From: Negaprion brevirostris
Taxonomy: Eukaryota
Assembly (NCBI GenBank): GCA_030324005.1
Contig: JARDVH010000110.1
Span: forward strand, 32,445,505-32,509,504
Length of the DNA stretch: 64,000 nt
Reading direction: 5' to 3'
The notes beneath the pieces are model-generated. The model made no database searches. It saw only the letters and a program-made list of their open reading frames with translations, and was not told the DNA's origin. The position numbers and the translations under genes were made by a program. Shown here in pieces: positions 33,801 through 48,470 of the stretch (its first letter is position 1; each line of letters starts with the position of its first letter).

Positions 33801-36800
33801 AGATCTTTGACTGACCTTCCCCACAACTCTGATCCATTCCAGAAACTTCATGTATCCCCATACTCATTCCTGCCACAGATCTCCACCAACTGATGACCTT
33901 TGCCACAGGCTGCTCCTCTCTCCTACCTAAAGAGCCTTCCACTCCACACTGGCTGCCTGGGGTCATTTGTATGAGTCTTAAATAGGGGCCTCTTGCTAAT
34001 CAGTTAATTAAGCTGACTAGGTTTTGGGCAATGGCTCAGCACTGATTTGGATCAGTAAGGCCTCCTGGCTTTATTGGCTTTGTCACTCACAACCAGGCTT
34101 TTTCCTTGCCCCTGTGTGAAAATCAAAGCCATATTCTTTCTTGAGTATGCTTTTTCTATATATCAGAATTTGTTCCATGTCAAACTTTAATACACAGAGC
34201 GGTTGGAATTTCAACAGTTTTTTTTGTAAACTTGTACAGCATGGATTTAAAAGAGCCTGGGTTAGATTTTGATTTTGTGAGGCAGTGTAGAATAGGAAAC
34301 GGCTAATTGGCAGCTAGTTTTACATTTCTCTGGATTATTTATTTCTGTCGGAAATTAAAATCAGAAGAGATGTGAAACAGGCTCCCAAATCGTTATCAAC
34401 GATTTTAAAGTGTTATAAAATCATAATGGAGTCCCCCACTCCCCTACTGACCCTCTGCTCACCTCATAATGGAGACACCCACTCACCTACCGACTCCCCC
34501 CACCCCACACCTCAGCCACCTCCCCAAACACATCACATCTCCACTGACTGCTACCGAAAATAGCAGTCATTCCCATGTGCATTTGCAAACCTGATGAATT
34601 ATCTAGCTCATCATTTAGATTGGCTCACTGGCTTGTCGAACCAACTTGGAAGTGAAACTAGAATTTCAAAGTAACTTCAATCACTTGTTACTACACTCCA
34701 GTTGATGCCAGTTTGTTATTTAGACCATCTGTCAGTGAGCTGAGTGTATCAATCAAGGTTCTAATTATCAACTTGCCAAGCGAATTGACCTCTTAGAAAC
34801 TGGGTCAATTTGATAAATTCTAAGAATATTGAATTTCACTGGAATCTTATCTGCATGGTTGGTTCTTTTCTCTAAGAAAAGATTAATATTTACTGTGGCT
34901 TTTAATCAATGAGGATATAGCTCCACAATCTTTCTGAGGATTTTTGCTCTCACAGTTTTTAAGTATTCAACTGACTACAGCTACATTAATCTTTCAAGAT
35001 GTTAAAATTTTGACTCATACTAGTGGTGCCATCTAAGATGGCTGAGTAACTTTATTTTATATATGAACAATGCATTAAAGTATACAGTCTAATTTTCCTT
35101 TCGAATGGTCAGGCTTTCCTGAAAGGTGGTGACTAAAACACCTTTTACTGAATGATATAGGACAGGATCCTTAATTCCATTTCTAGCTTCTTCTGAATCT
35201 CAGCCAGGGTAGTATCAGCAACACAAGAAATTGGCCTCACTCAGCAGGGGTTGGCAATGTGTAAAAGGATCAGCTGAGATTTATATTCATGATTGTTATC
35301 CAAAGGTTAATCCCAGAAACTGTAGCCTAGAAATTGAATCTGTGGAAATTCAAGCATGAACCCAGCACTGGCAGTGACTGACACACAAAGGGTTGGATGA
35401 AATTGGTCCTTTGGGGTCATAAGAATGTGATTTGAGTGCTGAAGGCCGTGCCCCCACAGTGAAAGAGGCAGTCTGCTGGCTAGCAATCAGAAAAACGTCA
35501 ACTGATGACGATGGTATGTCCGAGAGGTGGAGGATTGGTTGGAGGGAAGTGCTGGACAAACCATGGTTACATTGGTTTCAGTGCACGACCTGCACCAACT
35601 TAACGTAGCAGCAGAAATAATAAAAGTAATAAGAATTTAAAGAGGTGCAGGAACTGTTCCTGAGGAGCAGTTCCGAGAGGCAGCGATTTTTGGGCGTGAG
35701 AGGAGGCACAAGTAAGATATATTTAGCTGTTNNNNNNNNNNNNNNNNNNNNNNNNNNNNNNNNNNNNNNNNNNNNNNNNNNNNNNNNNNNNNNNNNNNNN
35801 NNNNNNNNNNNNNNNNNNNNNNNNNNNNNNNGTAATTTGCATACGAGAATATGATTTTGTTATTTGTCGAGACTTTATAATGGCTTTCACAAATGAAGCG
35901 TTGGGCAAATAATGGCAGAATTGAGTCCAGGGCTTCTCAGGTGACACGCCAACTTTTCTGAATATGAATTACTAGAGAAGGCAAGGGGAGATCAGAATTT
36001 GGTCAGTAACCCCTCATTCTTAATTGTGAATCCGTCTGATTTGCTTTTGGTACACAGGATTAAAACTGACCTTCCAGACACATCAAGGTCAAGATCTGAT
36101 CAGGGCAATTAGAACTGCGATCCTGTTGAGCAGTTGCCACAGTGAAGCCAGGTCTTTTACCAAAGGTGTAGTTGGAATTGTCCGACATAAGACTATTGTT
36201 TGTCAACATAGTAGCATGTGCCAGACCTTAGAGATCTGCTAACAGGATCTATACACAGCTCTGTCTGTTATAACAAATATGCTGCACATGGCAGGCTCTT
36301 CCAGGCACTCATCTGCAATGATAAAACTCAGTCCCACTTGCGTTAATCCAGCAACAGATTGTCTCGTGACCTTAGCCTTCTGATGGCACCTAGGTGCAAC
36401 ACCAATCTGAAGCAGCAGGCAAAGTGAGATCAAACAGTTTTATATTCAGCTAACTATCAGCTGCACAAGACTTGTAATTTAGAAATGGCAGGTTTAAAAT
36501 CCATTGGCCACTAATTTGTAAATGGATCTAGAATTAGTTACATAGGCCCGATGTCCTTAATGTTAATGTTCTTTATGTTGTACACAGAGGCAGAAGTATC
36601 AGAGCTTACAAAGTTTGTAACAGTTTTTTCTGATACATTTGCCCGTCATTTTCCCATAAGTCTTTTCGATTCTTACAATGTCCATAATCATTTGCTTTGC
36701 TCCAATTAATTAAATTAAGTGATAGTTGTCTATCTTACTGCAAACACACGATTGATGATCAGTCATTGTACACATGTCAACTAGATAAATGTGTGGCGCA

Positions 36801-37171
36801 TTTGATGTTTGTGAAATGTATGAACATGTGTTCTCTTTCTCTTGGCAGGTTTGAGAACAACTGCCACTCTATGTTCCTGGCGCAGCACATGATGCCTTGG
36901 TTCATTGCCAGTAATTTGTTTTGCCAATCACACCTCATTCACACAGTCACTTCCTTGATTAGTTGGGTATTTCTCCATAACCTTTGTTAGCCTTAATCAA
37001 GGAAAAGCTTTGATGTTTTTTCTTCTTTTTCACAAATGCCTAGAATTGCTGTTGCACACGATCTACTTAAGATTCAGCTTTTTCCTTATATCTCTGGCTC
37101 ATTAAACCATTCCATGAAATGCAGCTGGTGCCACTCCCCCAGGATGAATCCTATTTTTAAGAATAAGTTCA

Positions 37172-37620
37172 CAGGATGGAATCCCTACAGTGCAAAAAGT
37201 GGCCATTTGGCCCATCAAGTCTACACCAACAACAGTCCCATCCAGACCCTATCCCTGTAACCCTACATATTTACCCCACTAATCCNNNNNNNNNNNNNNN
37301 NNNNNNNNNNNNNNNNNNNNNNNNNNNNNNNNNNNNNNNNNNNNNNNNNNNNNNNNNNNNNNNNNNNNNNNNNNNNNNNNNNNNNCAGACCCTATCCCTG
37401 TAACCCTACATATTTACCCCACTAATCCCCTGATAGTAAGGGGCAATTTAACATGGCCAATCAATCTAACCTGCACATCTTTGGACTGTGGGAGGAAACT
37501 GGAACACCAAGAGGAAACCCACACAGGCACAGGTAGAATGTACAGACTCTGCACAGACTGTGACCCAAGCTGGGAATCGAACTGCTGTGAGGCAGCAGTG
37601 CTGACTACTGTGCCACTATG
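37172..37620 (-). mobile_element. V-SINE, CR1-type tail (contains a gap with duplicated flanks)
   Basis: ggactgtgggaggaaactggaacacc...gctgtgaggcagcagtgctgactactgtgcc. Confidence 0.85.
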
Positions 37621-40600
37621 TTGGGAAGGTTATTGGGAAGGTTGTTTGGCAAAATTAATGTGCACTGCCATATCTGGCTAAAACAGACCAGGACCACCAC
37701 ATGTGTATCCCAAGTTGTAGCCAGATGCGGGGTGTTGCATAATAAGCTTTTTGAAGAACAACAGGGACCCGTTGAGCCAACTGGCTAAAATCTGTACATA
37801 ACATTAATAAAGCAAAGCCAAAGACCCCCTTAGAGAACAGCACATGGTCATAACATGTAGGTGTCAAAGATCGTCAGCCACTAAGTAGATCTGATGTACA
37901 ATTACTTTCCTTACTCATTCCTGTGACCTGCTTAACTCAACTTACACATTAAATAAAGATATAGGGTTAAAAATGGCGATGTACTAATTATTAGCTGTGG
38001 GGGGAGGGGGAGGGGGTGGGGGGGTCAAAATTCATGACCTGTTCGTGCCTGTTGCCATGGAGACAGGCAGTATGCAAATTTCCTGCTGCTTCTTCATTAG
38101 ACTGTTTGCAGCATGTAGCCTAATGGGACCTGTGCTGCTGATTGGATGCAACCATATCAGACACCATAATAGCAAAGAAGACTAGCATTGTTCCAGTAGG
38201 CTATCAGTTCTTAAAGGCAATCCATCCTCTTAAAGGGAAGTTACACAGGAGCCTGCTTCAAAAATCTATCGATGCAGTTCTGAAAAGGAGGTTAAGACCT
38301 TGATTGCAGATTGTTGCTGATAACTATAGCATCAAGTACCAGAGCACCTGCACAATGGATCAGGTGCATATGCACTGTCTATCAAGGTGTCTCTCCCTGA
38401 ATGCTCGCTCCTACCTCCCACAACCCTGCATCCATGATTGTCATTAAGTTGCATAATCTACTCTCAATTATACAAGTAAATGACAGATCACATTTAGTAA
38501 ACTTATTGCAGCGCAGGATAAATTATTGCACAAGTTATTTTGGTCGACAACAATATTGAAAAAGGCATCTATTTCTACAATTTTATTTTGAATGGCGTGT
38601 GTTCAGAGGAGTGAAGGCAGCATTTGTACAGCACTGGGTTCCTCAGGTGAGTTACCCCTACGTGATGCTTTAACTCACAACAGATGAGGATACTTGGTCA
38701 AATTCCCGCTGATTGGAAACTAAATTTATAAGTCTTAATTAAAAAGGATGATTTGCTAACCGGTGTAATCTTTTGTGTACTCATGCCAAACTATGTGTTT
38801 GTGCAGATGTCATCCAACAGCAGAAACTTTTGTAATATATTCAGAGCCTGAATAATGCAGCAAAGCATCTCAAGGTGTTTCAATAAAGTAATTAACAGAT
38901 GTGTTGCTTGTGGCTCTGTGGTACTCGTAATCCTGCTGCTCTTTTGTGGTCAAGTGGTGGAGGGGTTTATCAGCCATGTATATATAGCATAGCCTTTGTC
39001 CCTGAGGAACCCACCTCTAGGTTCTCATGGGGTCCCAAAGGTGGAGGGGGTAGCTGACAGACACAGGATGAATTGTGGCTGTCACCAGGATAGCATGCAT
39101 TCACTATCACCAATACTATATTGGTTCTCATAGTTGCACACCATCTGCACTTTGGTAGAATGGTAGCCCTTGTTGTTCCCGCACCCTTCTCCACTGTCAT
39201 GGAGGGTCTTCTGTGCTACATATTTGCAGTTAGTGCTATTCTGGAATTGGGAATTAACAATCGTTGCAAAGCTTCCTGTCCTTTCATTCTGATTTTTCCT
39301 GCTGAGGTGTAGATGGTCCCTAAGATCTCCCGGATGATCTAATAGATGACATGTGTTGGAAATGTCTCCTGGAAAGACTGGGCAATATAATAATTCAATG
39401 TCATTGCAACCTTTAAGGCCATTGTTTGCCATTTCTCACCCTGGTGTAAGGCTCCAAGTGAGGTTTTAGAAGCTGGCACAGTTTAGTGATCATCTGTTTA
39501 TTGAACCTCTGTCACCTAAGGCATTGTTCCTGGGTAAGCTGGAGATCCTAAAACATCTTGTGGTCCTTTATTATCCATATCAGACATCAGACCTAATACA
39601 TATTAGCTCAATGGCCTCCAAAAATAACACAAAATACACAAATTGAGCCTAAGCAAACGTAAGTAAAAGGCACCTCACCTGCAAGTTGATTCCTGGCCCT
39701 TTATTTTTTGTAGGAGTGGTGAGAAGGGGATTGGTGATGCTCTTGTGCTGCTGAATGTAAATCAGGTGGAAGCAATCAGCACTGACATTGTTTGGACACA
39801 TGCAGACAAAGGACTTGAACCTAACATTGAGTTAGCCAGAATGGCTGTTTAATGCAATGATGTTGTTAGATTTGCTGTTTCCAGGGCATGCACGTGCACA
39901 CACACAGCACAATCATTCTATTCCCCTTCCTGGTATGGGCCATTCTAGAAACAGTGAGGAACACAGATGGTGCCATTTTCTTACATTAAGGCTTCTATTC
40001 ATAACCAGTGGTGCTATGGACCCCCAATTCACACCGATATTTTCTAGAATTCAACTAGAAACTCATCAATTGTAATGTGAACTGTGGGGCTCACTAAATG
40101 CGTGGAATGACAGGGAGTTAGAGAGAATTTAAAGCACAGAAAATGATAACAGCCAAGATTTTTACGGAGTTGTGGTGACTTCATGGACCTTTAAAAATGG
40201 CAGATGGGACCTAAATCCAGAAGTCTCACCCCATTTCCAACAGATCCCATTTTCACCAACAGGGAAAGGGACAGGGACTGATGCACACTTGAGGGAAACT
40301 CAGACTCAACAGTGCCATATGAACTGAATGCTCAGACCTCATTTTCTCTGTAGCAAAGGCCTTAATACACAATCTAGCTGTCATTCTTTTAAATGGACAT
40401 AAATGCTCTTAAAGGGTTGTTAAGGTCTATAGAACAAGCATGATGTGATGTTTAAATCCACAGTCCTTTAAAATAATAAAAGTAGGGTTCCCTATCACCT
40501 ATATCAGTATCAGTGACAGTTTTAAATTCCTGTTCTAGCATTTACAATAATTATTTGTTGACATTCCCTAAGGGCTCTCATTAAATCACTGTGACTACTT

Positions 40601-43600
40601 CAAACAAGCTATAATTATCTGAGCAGGGGTGGGCTGCTAAATTCACAGTTTGACTGACAGTTCAAAGCATTAGCTGTCTTTGGTATGGGATTACAAATAG
40701 TAATGTGTTTGTTTTAATAAGTGATTAAACACTTTGAGAGTTGAATGTTTTTGAAGGAGAAAACATGAATGGAAGTTTTTTTTATATAGTGAAGGGTGAA
40801 ATAGATAGTTTTATTTCATCTCAATATGGCTCCTGAGCTCTGTCCATTGTGGAAACTGCGTGAGTTGGCATGAAAGGTATAAGGACCAAGGGTAGCGGAT
40901 AACATAGCATGAGTTGACATTATTTTGGCGAGGGCTATAGAGTTGGTGGGGGCATGACTTGGCATTAATTTAGCTTGTGGCATGAAGGTGGCATGGGGAG
41001 TAGATGTANNNNNNNNNNNNNNNNNNNNNNNNNNNNNNNNNNNNNNNNNNNNNNNNNNNNNNNNNNNNNNNNNNNNNNNNNNNNNNNNNNNNNNNNNNNN
41101 NNNNNNNNTAACAGCTAGAGTACCCAAAATGTAATGAAACCACTGGGACCATGTCCCACAGAACTGAGATGGTCCTTTTAAATATCCCACCTTGGCTCTT
41201 GGAAACTCCTGTGGCTGCTGGGGATGAGGGGCCTGACTCTATTCTGACTCCCGCTATCCACCTCAGGAGGGAAAACCCGATGATGCTGGACTAATGTTAT
41301 GGAAGCACTTTGACAAGGTTTCTGGCAGCTCTGACATAGTAAATAATGATTGAAGACATCACATTTTCAGCTCTCATTGACCTCAACTAACCACAGAGAT
41401 AATTTAAAGAATCAAATGATATTTGACCTTGTTCAAATTTACATCACTTAGCTGAGAAAATTAGCCAGCTGTATTTCTTTTCAAAGAATGACAGTAAAGA
41501 ACATTAAATAGGCTAAACACTGAATGACAGATCTGTCCAAAATGAAACAATTAGTAGCTACTATAGAGAACACCAAAAAAAAAAGCAGAGAATCTACCAA
41601 GCATATTAATGATAGGGGAATATGAGCATTTTTTTTAAAGCTATCAGTATTCAAAAGCATACCCATCTGCTCAGCTGGACAGTCAAGCTGAAAACCAATC
41701 ACTACAGTTAAGTCACAACATTACAGACACATTGAAAAATGTTATAAAATCCCTTTGTATTCAACTTGCATTAAGTTGTAACAAGTGCAGTGCTTATCGA
41801 GGACAATCTTTCTCTCCTGATGCTGATTGAGCAGGAAAGTGACCCAGCTCATTAAAAATGTGCCAAACACAACCATGGAACCCAACCCACCTGATTTAAA
41901 TATCACACGGTTAGTTCATATATGTGTGACAGTTCTCTTTTTGCGCACTCATATAGAAGCTTGGGACAGCCTGTTCCTTAAAGGCAGCAACAGACTTTAA
42001 ATGGCAAATATTTCAGATTTTTAAAATTTCCTACAGTCATTTAAAGATGAAGGAATGTAAATCCATACATTTAAAGTTGATTTTCAGTGTTGGAGAGAGT
42101 GGATGGTAGTAATTGAGATTTACCACACTATTAAAAGGTACTTGAGCTGCAGCAGACAAACTATAATATCTTCTGATGAATTTAATCCGTATATTTAAGC
42201 AAATTGGCAGCATTCAATGTATTTGAAGGGTGAGTTAGGCAATAAGATGCTCTTTTCAGTCAGACTTTGGGGAAGAGGACATCACGGCATCAACATCCAG
42301 ACTTCCACCTCATAACCAAGCATGTATGGTCGTCAGAATATTCTGTCCATCTTGTACAGAAATAAGGATGAGAGCTGTTGGCTTCAATATTATTTTTACA
42401 ACAACATCCATGAAGAAATCCTGGCACGTGTGGAAAACTATCAGACAGGTGGTCATATAGCACAGAGGCAGTTGGCAGTTTTGTGGAAAAGGTGAAGAGA
42501 TAGAACTGAATGTCGTTAGCACACAGATGGGCACTTTAAATGGTTTTGGTATGCTTTGATCCATTTACTGCAGAAAGGAGCTGGAGAAAGAAGCAACGTT
42601 ATTTTCAAATGTTATGAACATATTTTTAACATAAAGGGTGCAACCTTACCAGCTCGCCCTGCCCATGCCCGGGGAACTGTAACAGGGGGTCTATGAAAGG
42701 GGGGCTAGGACAGAGGGTGAGGATCAGNNNNNNNNNNNNNNNNNNNNNNNNNNNNNNNNNNNNNNNNNNNNNNNNNNNNNNNNNNNNNNNNNNNNNNNNN
42801 NNNNNNNNNNNNNNNNNNNNNNNNNNNNNNNNNNNNNNNNNNNNNNNNNNNNNNNNNNNNNNNNNNNNNNNNNNNNNNNNNNNNNNNNNNNNNNNNNNNN
42901 NNNNNNNNNNNNNNNNNNNNNNNNNNNNNNNNNNNNNNNNNNNNNNNNNNNNNNNNNNNNNNNNNNNNNNNNNNNNNNNNNNNNNNNNNNNNNNNNNNNN
43001 NNNNNNNNNNNNNNNNNNNNNNNNNNNNNNNNNNNNNNNNNNNNNNNNNNNNNNNNNNNNNNNNNNNNNNNNNNNNNNNNNNNNNNNNNNNNNNNNNNNN
43101 NNNNNNNNNNNNNNNNNNNNNNNNNNNNNNNNNNNNNNNNNNNNNNNNNNNNNNNNNNNNNNNNNNNNNNNNNNNNNNNNNNNNNNNNNNNNNNNNNNNN
43201 NNNNNNNNNNNNNNNNNNNNNNNNNNNNNNNNNNNNNNNNNNNNNNNNNNNNNNNNNNNNNNNNNNNNNNNNNNNNNNNNNNNNNNNNNNNNNNNNNNNN
43301 NNNNNNNNNNNNNNNNNNNNNNNNNNNNNNNNNNNNNNNNNNNNNNNNNNNNNNNNNNNNNNNNNNNNNNNNNNNNNNNNNNNNNNNNNNNNNNNNNNNN
43401 NNNCTGGCAACATTGAGACCCCCCCCCCCACCCCTTGCTGGCGGTAATCATATCTATTTTTGTACTAAGAGACTCACAGCTTACCCAAAAAAAACAGCCT
43501 ATCGGGATTACAAACTGATGGTAAACAGAGGAGCCCAGCTGGATCATTTCTCCGTTCGGAGGATGGAAGACCTCCATGTTAAGTTAGCAGGAGGCCCCAA

Positions 43601-44369
43601 ATATCCCAGGCTAGACCTAAATCATACTTATCAATAACTGGAACCGGAAGAAGACTCCAGAAAGTTCGTTTTAATAAGTATCCGCAAGGGGTTATATCAG
43701 TACTCACAAATGCACAAATAAAGCCTGGCAGCGATCAATGCAGTGAAAAAGTTTTACCAATACAATAATGGCAGCATTTCACTTTTGTGTCAGACTATAA
43801 GCAGTTGTTGGGCCTTTTCCATGAGAATAAGCCAGTGATGCCTATTACTTCGTCTAGGGTGCAGAGATGGACTTTATACTAAGCACAGTTATACTTTCCA
43901 ACATAGGCTTGGAAAACAGATATCAAATGCAGCTGCATTGAGCCACCTCCCACTACCACAGACCATATCGTTACCGACTGCTCCATAGGAGATAGTATTG
44001 ACTTTACATTTATTGGACACCCTGACTGTTTCAGAAGCTCACATTAAGTTGTGGATAGATAGGAACCCATTGCTATCAAAGAGCAAGAAAATGGTACTGA
44101 TAGGGTGGCACATTGACAAGGCAGAGCAAATGAAGCTTTATATGCAGTGTAGAGAAGAGATAACCTGGGGGATGTCTGCATCTTTGTACCACATCCAAGG
44201 TACTGGCCCCTACTCCAAAAGTTACATGATGCTTATCCTGGCCAGAGCAAAATGAAAGCATTGGCCAGAAATTACATTTGGTGGCCATACACTGACAAAG
44301 AAATAGAGCAAATGATTGATCAACGTGAAAGTAATCAGCAAACGTTAGCACCACTAGGAAACATGTACC

Positions 44370-44752
44370 TATAGATTCCCCATAATGCAGAAGGAGGCCA
44401 TTTGGCCCAGCAAGTCTGCACCAATCACAATCCCACCCCGGCCCTACCCCCATAACGCCATGCATTTACCCCAGCTAGTCCCCCTGACACTAACGGACGA
44501 TTTAGCATGGCTAATCCACCTAACGCATACATCTTTGGACTGTGAGAGGAAACCGAAGCACCTGGAGGAAACACACACAGACACAAGGAGAATGTGCAAA
44601 TTTCACACAGTAAAAAGTCTGACAACATCAGGTTTAAGTCCAACCAATTTATTTGATAGTAAACTCACTAGCTTTCGGGGTTAGTCCCACATCAAATTCC
44701 ACACAGACAGTGACCCAAGCGGAGGATCGAACCTGGGTCCCTGGCACTGTGA
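44370..44752 (-). mobile_element. V-SINE (CR1-type tail) nested in Gypsy integrase, itself interrupted
   Basis: V-domain to 44610 resumes at 44693 (caaattccacacagacagtgacccaag). Confidence 0.85.
44611..44692 (-). mobile_element. Penelope pLTR fragment with 3' half of hammerhead
   Basis: Minus strand ccccGAAAgctagtg...aaataaattggttggacttaaacctgatgttg; flanked by caaattYcacacag direct repeat. Confidence 0.75.
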
Positions 44753-44756
44753 ATAT

Positions 44757-45078
44757 ATAGACTCCCAACAGTACAGAAGGAGACCATTGTCCCATATAGC
44801 CTGTACCAATTACAATTCCACCCAGGCCCTATTCCTGGAACCCCAAACATTGACCCTGCTAATCCTCCTAATGCTAGGGTCAACTTAGCATGGCCAATTC
44901 ACCTAACCTGCACATCTTTCAACTGTGGGACGAAACTGGAACATCCAGAGGAAACCCACGCAGATGCGAGGAGCAAGTGTAAACTCCACACATATAGTGA
45001 CCCGAGGCCACAATTGAACCAGAGACTCTGGTGCCATAAGGCAGCAGTGCTAACCACTTATGCCACCATGCTGCCCCC
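44757..45078 (-). mobile_element. V-SINE (CR1-type tail) nested in Gypsy
   Basis: Complete head ggcagcagtgctaaccacttatgccaccatgctgccc. Confidence 0.85.
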
Positions 45079-46109
45079 ATGCTGGACCTTTTTGGGGGTA
45101 TATGTTCCTGAGCTTCGTAGATGCCCATTCCAAATGATTGGGATCTACAATAGCCATATCTACTCCTGATAAACTAAGGCAGAACTTTGCAACCCATGGT
45201 CTTCCTGAAGGGCTAGTATCAGACAATGGAACGTATTCACAGGTGATGAATTTCAGACTTTCATTAAGTCTAATAGCATTTGTCATATCAGGTCAGCCCC
45301 CAGCCATCCTCCCTCCACCAATGGATTAGTAGAGCGAGCCATGCAGGTGTTCAAGGCTTCCATGAAGAAGTAGGTTCTTAGGACCTTGCCAATGTGATTG
45401 GCAAACTTTTTGCTCTCCGACAATATTACACTACACTAGTGGGGTTACAGCTACAGAGTTGCTACTGAGTCAGTGTTTGTGTACCTGTTTGGGCTCAGTT
45501 TTCCCAAATTTTTCAGGGAGAGTGGAGGCTAGGCAAGCCTCTCAGAAAGAGTGCCATAACCCTCAGAAAGGGGACAATCATTTAATATGGATGACCTTGT
45601 GCTAACATGGAATTTTGGTGATTGTCCTGCCTGGGTATCAGTGGGAGTTGTGGAGAAGATAGGGTCAGTCTCATATGTGGTGGAGTCACAGGACTGTCAC
45701 GTTAAGAAGCATATCAGCCAGTCATGCAACAGAGTGGAGCCAACTCCAGGGAACTTGCAAGTATGCTGCACATCAAGTTCATAGATACCAGCCACTGAAC
45801 AAGACTGTTCCATGTCCATAGTGGGGCCATGGCAACCTCTGACTACATTGGCCAAGGCAGAAGGAGGCGCCAACTAGGGGTTAGCTCTAGGGGTGTTTAG
45901 CATGTCCACCCTGTGCCATTGAATGCTGAAAAAGAACTCCTGACAGAGTTGCAGTCTTCCACAAGGACCAACTGACGTTATGAATTCTTTATCCTGGTGT
46001 CCTTAATGTATTGCTGTTTGCCTGCCTATGTGTTAACTATTTTTTATTTTTGTTTTATCTTTGGTATTCTAAGACGTTGGCGGGGGGAGGGGGGGGGATA
46101 GTGCAGGAG

Positions 46110-46374
46110 TGTGATAGTATGGCCCCTTTAAAGGGCAATCCTTCACATGCCACATGACCAAGCCAGAGCCAATGGAGCATGAACATGTGAACCCGGGCCA
46201 ATTGGGATTGAGGGTGAGAATTCCCGGGGCTGAAGGGCTTCAATTGGAGTCAGGGCATTGTTCGAAATAGATTTGTATTGTTATGCTGATAAACCCTTTG
46301 TTGTAAATGGTTCTTCTCTTCAATAAATCCTTTGGTTAGTTATTTGTCACATCGAGTCACCTTGAGTTATTACA
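46110..46374 (+). repeat. 3' LTR of the Gypsy element
   Basis: Follows a polypurine run (46082-46098); TG...CA ends (tgtgatag...ttattaca); aataaa at 46322. Confidence 0.7.
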
Positions 46375-48029
46375 AAACATTATAAATGTTACTGTCCTAT
46401 TTTATGCTATTTTTCATAAATAATGCAATCGCATATAATTTTGTAGCTTGTGTTGATAGTGCACGCTACTTTGAGAAAATGGACTGGAACAAATTAACCA
46501 TCCATTATACATCAGCTGCAATTTTCCTTTGTATTGATTTCAATGGAGATGAATATTTGGGTGTGAAATTTAGTAGGTGCTTAATGCAATATCGTCCATT
46601 TTACAATATTACCCAAAATTAAAATTTCCCCCATGATCTTGAGCTCTTCTGCATTCAGCAGGGGATGTCTGGCACACAATCTGTTTATTGAATGAACACA
46701 AAGAAATTAAAAGGTACAAGAAAAAGTTAGTTAGTAAATGCCTAACAGAGTTGATCAGGCTTTTAGAAAGAGAGCTGTAAAGGCTTTCGCTGATAATAAG
46801 CTGTTTGAAATTCTGGAGGACGGTTAGATTTGAGTCAAATTAAATAGTAAAGTAAACCTATTTATCGTTACGTGTCAACCTCGTCTTACCAAGTGATCTG
46901 ACAGCGGAAACAGTTAAGAGCTATATGGGGGCANNNNNNNNNNNNNNNNNNNNNNNNNNNNNNNNNNNNNNNNNNNNNNNNNNNNNNNNNNNNNNNNNNN
47001 NNNNNNNNNNNNNNNNNNNNNNNNNNNNNNNNNATATGGGGGCATGTGTCAAAGATACAAATATCCATTTCAGTTTAGAAGGAGATATGATTGGTAAGTC
47101 ACCAAACAAGGAGGTAAAGGTCAGTATGACTCAATACTTTAAGAGTTATTAAGTAGCATTAGCAGAACAGGGGCAATTTGACTAAAATGTCTGGATCCTT
47201 TTGCTTCCTGCATCACTCAAGCAGGGATCAATGTGAATGTATAATTGATTAGAGAATACACTCTTAAAATAATTCTCTGCTCATCAAGCTGAGGGACTTT
47301 GCTTCTGTAGAATGGGAATTCTTTCCATTTCCGGCATTGAGTCATTATCAAGTTCTACCATCTCAAGTATACATAGCTGGCTGCAATATAAAACTTCCTC
47401 TAATCCCCCCAAGAAAATTCCTCCGCCCCGACTGCAGAATAACACTTCCTACTGCATCACTGGGAAGTGTTTCCATTACAGCCATCCCAAATCCCAGCGG
47501 TAAAAAGACACCAAAGTAACCCACAGGAACATCCAGTTTGTGGAACGTTTTTAACAACTGCACATTGTGCACACCAGAATGATATACCTTCATACAGTGA
47601 CCGCTGGGCAAAATGAGCACTTAATTATGTGCTTTTAAATACAAGCAGAGCACCTTGTAACTCTTTAATTAGAATGCCGAGCAGGAAAGAAGTGAGGATT
47701 TAAATCCTATTGCAAGGTGTAACCTACATGGAGCGAAAGAACAGAAAGGTTGGCAAGTAATTACCGCTTGAAAGAATTATAATACTATGCTACTCGTGAA
47801 AGAAAGAAAATTGTGGCACTTCTTCAATAGTGAATTGGTGAGACAAAATCCTTTCTAAACAGAGTTATGGGTGTAAGAGAAGAACTAATTTTAATCCCAT
47901 CTGGCTTCCAGAAATCAGGCAGCTCAGCAGTTAAAGCCAAGCAACTGACTCACCTGTTACTTAAATTTTAATTTGTTCTTCTGAAGATGCAGAACGATTA
48001 TCATGAGTTGTGAGAGGCTAGTGACAGAC

Positions 48030-48470
48030 TCAAGAGCCTTCCAGTGGACATGTGCCAGATGAAATTTAATGCAGAGAATTGTAAAGTGATATATTCAAGG
48101 TCAGAAGAATAAGAAGGAATATGAAATAAAGAATACAGTTCTAAAGGAAAAGTTTAAAGTTTATTATTCATTAGTGTCACAAGTAGGCTTATATCAATAC
48201 TGCAATGAAGTCGCTGTGAAAATCCCCTAGTCACCACACTCCAGCGCCTATTTGGGTGCACTGATGGAGAATTTAGCATGATTAATGCACCTGACCAGCA
48301 TGTCTCAGGAGCAGAGTGTCCTGGGGGTGTATGAATGCAATGGTAGCAATTAAGTAAGTGGTCAATAAAGTACTTTGGAGCCTGGGCTTTTTAAGTAGAG
48401 GCTTACAGGACAAAAGCAAATCAAGTTAATCAACTTTATGAAACACTGGTTCAGCCTGAACTACATTATT
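48030..48470 (+). mobile_element. CR1 RT fragment
   Basis: QMKFNAENCKVI motif and LYETLVQPELHY. Confidence 0.75.
48150..48305 (-). mobile_element. V-SINE 3' part (Rex1-like tail) inserted in CR1
   Basis: ttagtgtcacaagtaggcttatatcaatactgcaatgaag... Confidence 0.85.

Larger units (their letters stand above)
43440..46374 (+). mobile_element. Decayed Gypsy/Ty3 LTR retrotransposon (RT, RNase H, integrase, PPT, 3' LTR)
   Basis: DYKLMVNRGAQLDHFSVRRMEDLHVKLAGG..LDLNHTYQ (RT); AVKKFYQY (RNase H); FVDAHSK and LRQNFATHGLPEGLVSDNG (integrase); RT-RH-IN order. Confidence 0.92.

Noticed and set aside
42693-43637. Long ORFs of 235-314 aa, and others containing X runs
   Set aside because: They read through N gaps; only the Gypsy RT portion after 43440 is real coding relic.
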